Below are positions 8,511 through 17,370 of a stretch of DNA of 64,000 bases, piece by piece. The stretch spans positions 96,001-160,000 of the IMG/VR virus record IMGVR_UViG_2510065010_000001; one strand, given 5' to 3'. Below the pieces are notes generated by a model, which ran no database searches, was not told the origin of the DNA, and saw only the letters and a list, made by a program, of their open reading frames with translations. Each line of letters begins with the position of its first letter. Within the stretch, counting starts at the first letter, position 1. The translations under genes and the position numbers were made by a program. The DNA is from a virus (Duplodnaviria > Caudoviricetes).

Positions 8511-10289
8511 ATGATTTCTGACAGCCAGCTGATTGCTGACTTGGTGATGAATAGTGTTAATGTCAAGCCTGACCTTATGGAAATACAGGCTGGACAACCT
8601 GTAAACCAAGTTGTTAATCAAACACCACAACCACAATCTTTGTCTCTGCCGGATGAAGTACTTACTGTAGCATCTACAGATAAGCTAAATAGTACTATAA
8701 ATGTTGACGCTCAAACACATCTAAGTCACGAATCTGATTCGGAAAAATTATCTATTTCGATTGGTGGTCATTGGTCGGATAGTAACAGCCAGTTAGCAGG
8801 CAACTTTCCGTTTTCTAAAATGTGGAGAGCTGCAAGATTTATCTCATGTGTCTTGTCAGAAGCGTCTGATTCTAAGTACCACCGTCTTTCTCTTGCTCTA
8901 AATTCCAGCGATGATAGTTCAGACTCAGACTGGGTTGTAACAGCTAATTTCAAGTATGAGTCGGAAGTTTCAGATACAGAGCTTTTGTTAGCTCACTATG
9001 CTAGCTATATTCATTTAAGAATCGGAGCTTTGCCTAGTTACTACGACGAGTACTACGCAAATCCTACTTCTCAGAATCAAGATGAACTTAATAAGTTAGC
9101 TGAATCTCTTCGATCCGATGCTATTAAACTGACTCAAAAAACTGAAGATGAGAGTTTCACCTGGGTTCAGAAATTAGCCGGACAACCTTTGGGCGTAGAC
9201 TCTTCCAAACGACTTATTAAGGTTCCATTCTGTGTTCTCGGCTCTTGGAGCCATCCGGTTTATGAAACGGTTAGTTTCACACAGAATGACTTTGACAACA
9301 TGAAGCAAAACTTTGCCAATGGTGAAGTTGGGTTTGAACCCCCCTTATTTCTAGGTCATCCGATTGATACGGATACTATGGAGGGTCATGCTGCAGAAGC
9401 CTTCTTACAAGAAATTGTTCAGGAAGGGAACGTACTTAGCGGCATCTTCGAGACGGTTTCTGACGAAACATATGCAGCGGTAGCGTTAGGGCGCTACCGC
9501 TATAGCAGTGGTGAGTTCATAAGAAATTGGCAGTCAAAGAGTAACGGTAAATCTGTTGGTACTGTGCTGATTGGAGTAGCACTAACAAATAGACCATTCT
9601 TGCCAAATTTGCCTCGCGTGAGTGCCCTGTCTGCTCCTTTGGAGTCTAGGGTGTCTCTAACTTTTCAACTTACAAACCCAGATTTAGTCCAACATATGAC
9701 TACCCAAACTTCTCCTGAAAAGCAACAGGAGCAGACATCTGTTGCTGCTTCACAACCCGTTCAATCGCCTTCACCAACACAAACACAGGACTTGTCAATG
9801 ACAACAGAACTTGAACAGTTCAAGAACTTAGTAAACCAACAGTTTACAGATCTTAAACAGTCTTACACACAACAGTTTGAAGCTCAAAAGCAGGAATTGG
9901 CGGCAGCTATTGCTCGTCTTACAACTGCAGAAGCCGAAAAGCAAGATTTAGCTACACGTCTTGCTGCAGCTGAAGAAAAGTTAAAAGCAACAGAAGTAAA
10001 CGCCAAACTTGCTGAGCTTGAAGCTTTGACCTTACCTGTTGAAGTGAAAGAGAAGTATAGCGAACTCATCAAGAACGGAACCCTTGGTGAGCAAGAGTCT
10101 GTTGTGATGGAAACGCTCAAACAGATGAGCCTTACTCGTGTGCAAGAAGCGACTACTCAACACGGGACTGTCACTGCAACACAAGCACTCAATGATCCAA
10201 ACGTTCAAGACCCTTATGCCTCAGTAATTGAGCGTAACCAACAGCTTGCAAAAGCCAAAGAAAAAGCGTTGATGTCTTTGCTTAGCTAA
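8511..10289 (+). CDS. Prohead protease plus scaffold (Mu gpI/gpZ-like) with a long N-terminal extension
   Basis: PPLFLGH, YRYSSGEF and GVALTNRPFL are Mu-type protease motifs. C-terminal coiled coil. Directly upstream of the capsid gene. Confidence 0.8.
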   Translation: MISDSQLIADLVMNSVNVKPDLMEIQAGQPVNQVVNQTPQPQSLSLPDEVLTVASTDKLNSTINVDAQTHLSHESDSEKLSISIGGHWSDSNSQLAGNFPFSKMWRAARFISCVLSEASDSKYHRLSLALNSSDDSSDSDWVVTANFKYESEVSDTELLLAHYASYIHLRIGALPSYYDEYYANPTSQNQDELNKLAESLRSDAIKLTQKTEDESFTWVQKLAGQPLGVDSSKRLIKVPFCVLGSWSHPVYETVSFTQNDFDNMKQNFANGEVGFEPPLFLGHPIDTDTMEGHAAEAFLQEIVQEGNVLSGIFETVSDETYAAVALGRYRYSSGEFIRNWQSKSNGKSVGTVLIGVALTNRPFLPNLPRVSALSAPLESRVSLTFQLTNPDLVQHMTTQTSPEKQQEQTSVAASQPVQSPSPTQTQDLSMTTELEQFKNLVNQQFTDLKQSYTQQFEAQKQELAAAIARLTTAEAEKQDLATRLAAAEEKLKATEVNAKLAELEALTLPVEVKEKYSELIKNGTLGEQESVVMETLKQMSLTRVQEATTQHGTVTATQALNDPNVQDPYASVIERNQQLAKAKEKALMSLLS

Positions 10290-10341
10290 TTTTTTTAATT
10301 CCGTAACCGTTCCCAGCGTACTAATTCCTGACTGATAAATT

Positions 10342-11652
10342 ATGGTAACAACTATTCAGCCGACGACAACTCCCTATGAATATGTGGGTGATGTGCCTGC
10401 ACTAGGGTCTTTGCAGCTAACTCGTTTAGCTAAATCATTTGAAGAAATAGACTCCCAAGGATTAGAAGATCTTTTTCCAACCGTTCAGTCTGAAGAGCGT
10501 ACTGTCGTTATTGAGACGATGCGTGAAGGTTTAGGAATTATGCCTATCGTTCAGATGGGTGTTCCTGCCGGAAACTTCCTAGAACCTGAGCGTGTAGAAA
10601 GACGTTACGTTCAACCCGTATTTTTGCGGGAAGACGATTTCGTTGACCAGGCGTTGATTAACCAACTTCGTAAGGTTGGAACTCTCAATGAAAAAGATCC
10701 TCCTTTACAGATTATTCAGCGTCGTGTTCAGCGACTAGTTAATCGCCACAACCGGACTCGAAATTTGCTGCAAGCAATGTGCTTACAGGGAGGTATTAAC
10801 TACACGGACCCTCGCACAAAAGCCACAATTAACGTTAGTACTCAAATTCCCACGCACAACTACTTCCGATACGACGGGTGGGATGCAACTCTAGCTTCTG
10901 GTGCTGCGATTGGCACTACTGGCTACGTTGCAGCTAAAAACTTGACGAACAACAAAGGACGTAAGGAAGCATTACTGTTTACAGATAAATCTGGTCGGGC
11001 GGGTGTTCCCTGGTCCCACCCACAAGCAGATCTAGTCCGGTGCTTACGTTTTCTACGACAGTATTGCTACAACAGCAACAAAGTGTTGCTCACGGACATG
11101 GTTATGTCCCGTGATTTGTACACTGTCATTCAAGAGAACGAAATCATTCAAGCTCAGATGGGTAGCGTCGGAGTCATAACGGTTCCAGGTGGAACAAACG
11201 GGGCAGTTAATGAAATTGCAGCAGCTTCGTCTCGTGTAACACCTCCAAGTATCCGCTTTGACAGTGCTGGAGATGTTCAGTCGATTGCAGGGTTGAACAT
11301 TCGTCTGATCGACTCAATGTATCGAGATCCTGTCGATAATGTCATTAAAAAGATGTGGCCATCTAACTTGGTGGCTGTGATTGCTAGATCACATCATCAA
11401 GACCGTAGTGCATCTCTTGGTCAGACAATGGAACCAGTTGGAGAATCTCCAGATGGAACTGCAGGTCTGTGGATGCGTACTGGTCCTGACCAAATGCCAC
11501 CTGCTGTACCTGGTAGAGCAATGCAGCTTGGCAACTGCTTCCTCCCATACGTAACTTATCCTCAGTGGATTATGTTACTGACCGTTGCCGATACCGGAAT
11601 GATCGATGAAACTCTCATCTTGCGTTCTGACCTTGAATACGGCACGTTCTAG
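10342..11652 (+). CDS. Major capsid protein (HK97 fold, gpE-like)
   Basis: 436 aa following the protease/scaffold; LFP..GIMPIVxxGxP N-terminal pattern and C-terminal LPxV..P pattern of gpE-type capsid proteins. Confidence 0.8.
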   Translation: MVTTIQPTTTPYEYVGDVPALGSLQLTRLAKSFEEIDSQGLEDLFPTVQSEERTVVIETMREGLGIMPIVQMGVPAGNFLEPERVERRYVQPVFLREDDFVDQALINQLRKVGTLNEKDPPLQIIQRRVQRLVNRHNRTRNLLQAMCLQGGINYTDPRTKATINVSTQIPTHNYFRYDGWDATLASGAAIGTTGYVAAKNLTNNKGRKEALLFTDKSGRAGVPWSHPQADLVRCLRFLRQYCYNSNKVLLTDMVMSRDLYTVIQENEIIQAQMGSVGVITVPGGTNGAVNEIAAASSRVTPPSIRFDSAGDVQSIAGLNIRLIDSMYRDPVDNVIKKMWPSNLVAVIARSHHQDRSASLGQTMEPVGESPDGTAGLWMRTGPDQMPPAVPGRAMQLGNCFLPYVTYPQWIMLLTVADTGMIDETLILRSDLEYGTF

Positions 11653-11687
11653 TTTTAATAAGCATTTGGAAATTTAGGAGATTATTA

Positions 11688-12389
11688 ATGAGTGCCACAT
11701 CAGGACAACGGTTTGATTATCAGGCATACACTGAGGGTCAGCGTGGTGGTCTGAGTCTTTATCCGTACTGCGGAATTATTAACGGTTTACAAGTCAGTAC
11801 CGTTGCTATCGCAGGTACAGGCAACGTGAACTTGACAATGAACGTGTCAGCGGGTGCTGCAAGACTTGATGGACAATACTGTTCACTAGCTGCTGGAATT
11901 ACGACTTTGGTTCTTCCAGTAGGATTAGACTTAAACGTAGGCGACTACACATTTAATGTTTGGCTGAACGCAAGACGCCTGGTTCCTGCACAAGCTTCTG
12001 CGCCAGGTGCGCCTGCTACAAATGATAAATACATCAAGGTAGTAGATAAAGGGTCATATCTAGAGGTAGATGATATTCTCTACTACACTGGAAGTGTGTG
12101 GGCTAAATATAACGCTATATCAGGACCCCCTGCATTGCAAGGACATAACAACCTTCCTCTTAACGAGGTCAATGCGACCATCCACAACGCAACATCCAGT
12201 AACCAATCTTTTGCACTCACAGCAGAAAAGCCTGTTTACCACAAGACAAATTATCCTGTGGGTTTATCATCACCTGGAGCCGCTTACTTAAGACAGCCAG
12301 CAGCCATAAAAATTGCGACAATTAATATCGCTAACGGCGGTACTATCACGTCTACCATTTATGGTGATGAAGTTCGCATTCCAATTTAG
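11688..12389 (+). CDS. Probable capsid decoration/cement protein
   Basis: Directly after the capsid gene, strong AGGAG RBS, G/A/T-rich beta sequence (GLQV..VSAGAARLDG). Confidence 0.5.
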   Translation: MSATSGQRFDYQAYTEGQRGGLSLYPYCGIINGLQVSTVAIAGTGNVNLTMNVSAGAARLDGQYCSLAAGITTLVLPVGLDLNVGDYTFNVWLNARRLVPAQASAPGAPATNDKYIKVVDKGSYLEVDDILYYTGSVWAKYNAISGPPALQGHNNLPLNEVNATIHNATSSNQSFALTAEKPVYHKTNYPVGLSSPGAAYLRQPAAIKIATINIANGGTITSTIYGDEVRIPI

Positions 12390-12409
12390 TAAGTTAATAA
12401 GTAACCACT

Positions 12410-12910
12410 ATGACCACATATAGATTTTTAGTTAAAACACAAACGTCTGTTATTGTAAACGGTCAGCGTCGAACGTTTAACTCAGTCGGAGAAGTTGCAG
12501 AGTTTCCTGAAGACATTGGGCGTTTAATTCAACAACGACAAGTCTCTGGTAGTGAACACCTTGATTTTATTGGGTTTCACCCACCAGATGATTCAGTTAT
12601 TCCTCTATCGGCTCCAACTACTCCTACTACTGATGAATTAAATGTCAACGAGGAAGAGGAGGAAGAGAAAAACATTGAAGAAGAGGAGCAAAGTCTAGAT
12701 GCTGACGAAGATAAATCATCTGGATCAGATGATCAGACTATCATAATTCCTTTAGATGCCAATGCTCATTGGAGTACTGTTCGTTCCTTCGTTTTAGACA
12801 TGGAACAAGAGGAACAGTATGAGATGATTGCAGCAGTTAAAGCCGCATATGACTATCCAAAGGTTAAAGAAGAGTGCGATCGTATCTTGAAGAAAGCTGG
12901 TCGTATTTAA
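12410..12910 (+). CDS. Hypothetical head-associated protein with an acidic linker
   Basis: Last gene of the head operon; poly-Glu tract between two small domains. Confidence 0.55.
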   Translation: MTTYRFLVKTQTSVIVNGQRRTFNSVGEVAEFPEDIGRLIQQRQVSGSEHLDFIGFHPPDDSVIPLSAPTTPTTDELNVNEEEEEEKNIEEEEQSLDADEDKSSGSDDQTIIIPLDANAHWSTVRSFVLDMEQEEQYEMIAAVKAAYDYPKVKEECDRILKKAGRI

Positions 12911-12940
12911 CATACTCGTACTTCAGCGACCGACTAAGCT
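12906..12940 (+). promoter_or_regulatory. Possible late-promoter element (TTTAACAT...TAAGCT)
   Basis: Degenerate half-site with TANNNT at the same 29-nt offset; about 22 nt before ATG 12962. Confidence 0.35.
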
Positions 12941-12959
12941 TAAATTTGGTCGGTTTTTT
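12928..12959 (+). terminator. Rho-independent terminator closing the head operon
   Basis: GACCGACTAA...TTGGTCGGTT imperfect stem followed by a T run. Confidence 0.6.
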
Positions 12960-12961
12960 AA

Positions 12962-14575
12962 ATGGATTTTACTGACAGATTTATTATTGCAACACCTGCT
13001 CTTTCTGGCGTGGACTTAGAAACACTAACAGATGAACAGCTGGAAACACTTTCTCCGCCTGTCAAAGATTTTTCTAGGATGGTGCGGGAGTACTCTGCAC
13101 TGCTTTCTAGAAAAGGTTCTAAAAGTATCTATTTAATATGCACAGAGCAGGTAGACCCACGAATTGCTCTGGTTTTAGCTGGTGCAAGAGATAAAGTAGG
13201 TGTCAGATTGTTTCCAGACTTAAACTCTGTTAAACAAGTAATGTTTGGGAAAACGGACCCTTCTGAATCGGCATTTGTCAATGCTGAACGTAACATGTTT
13301 ACACAAGGGGTTCGGCGTATTGCGGCTGCTCTAACGGCTGCTTTATTAATTGGACAACTTGCTCAAATCGAAGAGCAAGCAAAACATTCTGAGTTTTTAG
13401 AAAAATCAGCCTTAGCTGACCTTCAACGACTTCTAGAAGTCCCGGACATTGCTGTTGCTACAGCACAAAAACTAGAAGGTGAAGGAGAAGTCAAGTCTTT
13501 TTTCTTTCAGCCATTTTCTTTGGAGTTAGGTTCTAGAATTCTTCGAGCAGAATTCTTCATGCCATCGACAACTACATCGACTTGGCAGATAGTTAACAAC
13601 TATACGGGTAAATTTACTACTGCAAGAATCGTTGCAGATCTAGCTGATGCGATTAACTCTTACACTCTCACCCAACAAACGAGCAATATCATCGCAGCTC
13701 CTATCCTTGGTGACGAAAGTACACTCTACAAAATTGAATTTAAGGCGAGACACCGAGATGCCTCTATCGCCTGTGAAGTCATTACGGCAAGGTTTACATT
13801 TACCGACAATCCCAATGAACCTCTCCCATTCAAATGGGGAGTTAGTCCAGCCGGATTAAACGACCAGTTTATCAACTCGTTACTTTTAGCTGTTCAACAA
13901 GGAAAAGCATCGGTTGTTGGTGTCACTGCAGCAGATAGAGAGCGTGGCGAACCAACTGTTTTGTACTTCAAACGAGCACCTAAAAACTCTAACGGAGATA
14001 TTCTGGACTATGAAGGGGACGTAATTTCTTCCTCTATTTGGGGTGCTCAAGGTAATCTTACATTCCGAGTCTCACCCATGATGGATGAGAATGTAACTCT
14101 GCCTGTGCCTTACCTGACAAATGTTGATGCTATTCAACAAACAAAGTTAGATGCTATGCGTCCAAATCAGGTGGCAGAGCTGTTATTAAATCAGTTATTT
14201 CAGATTAAAGGGGACACGTTGGCGTTAGGGGCGTTGATAAGAAATGACTATCCAGACAATATCAACGCGCTAGTTGCCTTAGAATTAATACCTTTCTCAG
14301 TGACCAATCCAGAAGCCTGGTTAATTTTAGATTTAATTGATATTCCACAGGATATTTTGGTTGCTGTAGGAAATCTACAAGCACCGTTAACACCCTTTAG
14401 TTCTAAACCTCGTTCTGTTCGCGTGGAGTCCAAATTTTACGCTGCGCTTGCTCAAAATATTCGGACTACGAATCAACAAGTAACTGCAGTTCCTAAAGTG
14501 GTTAAGTCTCCTATTTCTGACAGGTTGCAAGCAGTTAGAGATGACTCCACTTATAGAGTCTTACGCAGACTATGA
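12962..14575 (+). CDS. Virion structural protein, probable head-tail adaptor/neck
   Basis: Position between head and sheath genes; helical N-terminus and beta-rich remainder. No diagnostic motif recognised. Confidence 0.45.
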   Translation: MDFTDRFIIATPALSGVDLETLTDEQLETLSPPVKDFSRMVREYSALLSRKGSKSIYLICTEQVDPRIALVLAGARDKVGVRLFPDLNSVKQVMFGKTDPSESAFVNAERNMFTQGVRRIAAALTAALLIGQLAQIEEQAKHSEFLEKSALADLQRLLEVPDIAVATAQKLEGEGEVKSFFFQPFSLELGSRILRAEFFMPSTTTSTWQIVNNYTGKFTTARIVADLADAINSYTLTQQTSNIIAAPILGDESTLYKIEFKARHRDASIACEVITARFTFTDNPNEPLPFKWGVSPAGLNDQFINSLLLAVQQGKASVVGVTAADRERGEPTVLYFKRAPKNSNGDILDYEGDVISSSIWGAQGNLTFRVSPMMDENVTLPVPYLTNVDAIQQTKLDAMRPNQVAELLLNQLFQIKGDTLALGALIRNDYPDNINALVALELIPFSVTNPEAWLILDLIDIPQDILVAVGNLQAPLTPFSSKPRSVRVESKFYAALAQNIRTTNQQVTAVPKVVKSPISDRLQAVRDDSTYRVLRRL

Positions 14576-15447
14576 CACGTATTTTTCCCACGCCACGACA
14601 ACTTGTTTTGGGCACGATCGTTGCCCTAGCAAGTCACCCACGAATACAAAATCCGGGTATATATTACATTGGTAGCAACACGGAAGAAAAGATAGTTTCG
14701 TGGAGGTCTTATGGTGGCTACGAACTAGAGGAAGAAGGGCTGGTTTGTTCAGTTTATCCAGCATACTCATCGAGAACGACGGCTGGTTCTGCACCCCCAT
14801 TAGGAAAACAAAAATCTATCCAAATAGAACCATACAATTTAGGTTCTAGAATGGATGCTTCTTCGCTAGAACAAGGCACTTACAACTTAATTGTGGAGCT
14901 TTCATACCGAGATGCTAACTTAGGAGAAATCGTTAAATTAGGCTACGATTTTATTCAATCTACGGATGGAATTCCTCCACTAAATACACCTCACGGCACT
15001 AATGTGATGCCGCACGAAGGAACTTCACTTAATTTAGCTTCAGAAGATTTAACTGCTTTTCAAGCAGAACCGCAAGGGTTGCAACGTCAGTTTCAAACTG
15101 TAGAAATTAAAGTCAGTCCGGCAGAAGAGTTGCTAAGAGAGTACACAGAATTATTACGTTTGGTGTTAAACGATATACCACATATTCGCCCTTACACAAT
15201 TCGCTCTTCGAGAGTCGTAACTATTGATTTTCCTACATCTGCTTGGACAAGAGAATCTGAAGATCTTTTGTTCCACACAGCGTATATTCATTGGGAACTA
15301 ACTTTGTATCCTCCCGGAAGCTGGAAGGATGTTTACTTTATGCCTGTGACTTCGATTTCTGCAACAGCTCAATCGGAGCAGCAGCAAATATTATCTCCTT
15401 ACTATTACGTTCAATTAGGGGATGGGACTAATCTAAGAATTCTTTGA
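14572..15447 (+). CDS. Probable neck/tail-completion (terminator) protein
   Basis: ATGA-coupled to the previous gene; position before the sheath; alpha/beta pattern. Confidence 0.45.
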   Translation: MTRIFPTPRQLVLGTIVALASHPRIQNPGIYYIGSNTEEKIVSWRSYGGYELEEEGLVCSVYPAYSSRTTAGSAPPLGKQKSIQIEPYNLGSRMDASSLEQGTYNLIVELSYRDANLGEIVKLGYDFIQSTDGIPPLNTPHGTNVMPHEGTSLNLASEDLTAFQAEPQGLQRQFQTVEIKVSPAEELLREYTELLRLVLNDIPHIRPYTIRSSRVVTIDFPTSAWTRESEDLLFHTAYIHWELTLYPPGSWKDVYFMPVTSISATAQSEQQQILSPYYYVQLGDGTNLRIL

Positions 15448-15455
15448 GGTCTAAA

Positions 15456-17276
15456 ATGAGTTCATTCCGGTCTATCGGAGATATTGAATTAATAGGTTCA
15501 GAGTCAATCGACCTAGACTATGACAGGTTGATACTTTGGGATGCATCTGCGTCTGTTAATAAAACTAAAGCAATTGTTCCCAGGTCTTTAGTAAACATAC
15601 TTAACAACAGTGGAGTTACTTCAGTTAATAACTTAAGTGGCACAGTAGTTTTGACTCCGAATATTATTGGTGCCGCAAACTTAGTCCACACTCATACTGC
15701 CAGTCAACTACCACAACTTGTCGGGGCAACCTCTACGGTAGCAGGTTCATCTGGATTAGTACCTCCACCAGCAATTGGAGATAATTCTAAGTTTCTATCA
15801 GGTGATGGTACTTGGAAAAGTATCTCAACTGGTTATACGAACCAAGATGCAATTGCAGCAGTTGGCTCAGCTTGGCAGGATACTTCCAGCATTGACTTCA
15901 CTTACAACTCAGGTTTAGGACAACTCAGTGTTGCAGTTGTATTTGGTAATCAAGCTGGTCAAGTTTGTCAAGGTAATGACTCTCGATTGTCTGATAATAG
16001 AACACCTATTGACGGTTCTATTACTAACGTTAAAGTTGCAACAAACGCTGCTATTTCTTGGACTAAATTAGACAAAACAGGTAGTGCTATTTCTGATATT
16101 AATGGTTTGCAGAATGCACTTGACCTTAAGATTTCTACGGTAGAGAAAGGAGCTGTTAATGGAGTTGCATCCTTAGATAGCAATGCTAAATTGCCCACTG
16201 AGCAATTACCTGAATCCGTCATCGGTTCCGTTAGTTATAAAGGAGTTTGGGATAGTAGTACAAACACACCTGCTATTCCATCAGCTACTACAACACAAAA
16301 GGGTTGGTACTATGTCGTTTCTAATAACGTAGCTAGTAATCACGGGTACCCTAATGTTCCTACAATCAGTTTTGCTGCAGGCGACTGGATTATTTGTAAC
16401 GGGTCTACTTGGGATAAGCTAGACGCTACTGACCAAGTATTTACCGTCCACGGTAGAACAGGCAATATTATTGCTCAAACAGGAGATTATACAACTGACC
16501 AGGTAACAGAAGGAACTAATAAATACTTTTCCAACACTCTCGCAAGAACAGCCCTGTCGGGCGGAACCGCAATTAGTTATAACTCTTCCACAGGTGTCAT
16601 TGCTGTTAATCCAGATAATTTGATCGTTATTAGCTATGATCAATCTTCAAAGCCTTCTAGCCCAACAGTCGGACAGTATTGGCTAGAACGGACAAGTTTT
16701 GGATTACCTGTCACTCTTTGGCGCTATGTTTTGTTACACGGTACAACTCATGCTTGGGTTACTGAACAAACATATCAAGTTAGTCAGAGAACAAGTCAGA
16801 CTTCAGTTAATGCAAGTGTCGGGACTACTTGGACAAATTTTAGTGGTGTAGACCAAGCGCCATCTACTTATGCGGTGCCTTTAATTTCACAGATTGGCGA
16901 TGGAATAGTGTGTTTAAAAGCTTTCTGGAACTTAAATTTATCCAGAACGTATGCGTCTAACGCCTCTTATTTTCCTATTTTTGGATTAACTTTTACAACG
17001 ATAGGAACGATTAATGATGCTGCAATGGTTACTTTACTAAATTTACAAGGAAACCCAACAAGTGGTTCTTTAATAGATAAAATTTACGAAGTCGATTTAG
17101 ACCCAACAAATACGACATACTCGTGGACTTATTTTAGTAGTGTTAGTAACTATACTATTCCTTCAATACTAAGACCTTACTATAAGTTTAATGCTGGTGG
17201 TGGCTCGGCTGGAGACAACCTTACTGTGTACAAACCATTTATGGGTGTTTTGTATAAAGGTTATAAATCCCCTTAA
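15456..17276 (+). CDS. Fibre protein (neck/head/tail fibre) with a C-terminal receptor-binding-like domain
   Basis: Fibre-shaft motifs VTSVNxxxGxV, GLVPPP..KFLSGDGTW, GVASLDSNAKLP, YKGVWD and VHGRTG. ATG 15456 has a GAGG RBS and is preferred over TTG 15444. Confidence 0.7.
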   Translation: MSSFRSIGDIELIGSESIDLDYDRLILWDASASVNKTKAIVPRSLVNILNNSGVTSVNNLSGTVVLTPNIIGAANLVHTHTASQLPQLVGATSTVAGSSGLVPPPAIGDNSKFLSGDGTWKSISTGYTNQDAIAAVGSAWQDTSSIDFTYNSGLGQLSVAVVFGNQAGQVCQGNDSRLSDNRTPIDGSITNVKVATNAAISWTKLDKTGSAISDINGLQNALDLKISTVEKGAVNGVASLDSNAKLPTEQLPESVIGSVSYKGVWDSSTNTPAIPSATTTQKGWYYVVSNNVASNHGYPNVPTISFAAGDWIICNGSTWDKLDATDQVFTVHGRTGNIIAQTGDYTTDQVTEGTNKYFSNTLARTALSGGTAISYNSSTGVIAVNPDNLIVISYDQSSKPSSPTVGQYWLERTSFGLPVTLWRYVLLHGTTHAWVTEQTYQVSQRTSQTSVNASVGTTWTNFSGVDQAPSTYAVPLISQIGDGIVCLKAFWNLNLSRTYASNASYFPIFGLTFTTIGTINDAAMVTLLNLQGNPTSGSLIDKIYEVDLDPTNTTYSWTYFSSVSNYTIPSILRPYYKFNAGGGSAGDNLTVYKPFMGVLYKGYKSP

Positions 17277-17290
17277 AAGTTAATCCCAGA

Positions 17291-17325
17291 TTGAACACCC
17301 TTGCGTTCAAACCTACAGTTACAGT
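17291..17325 (+). promoter_or_regulatory. Putative late promoter with a perfect dyad (TTGAAC-N8-GTTCAA-N9-TACAGT)
   Basis: Best copy of the motif; upstream of the sheath and tube genes. Confidence 0.7.
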
Positions 17326-17370
17326 GCTGATTAAAGTGCTCTAAGAATCCCCGCACTATTATTTGGCACT

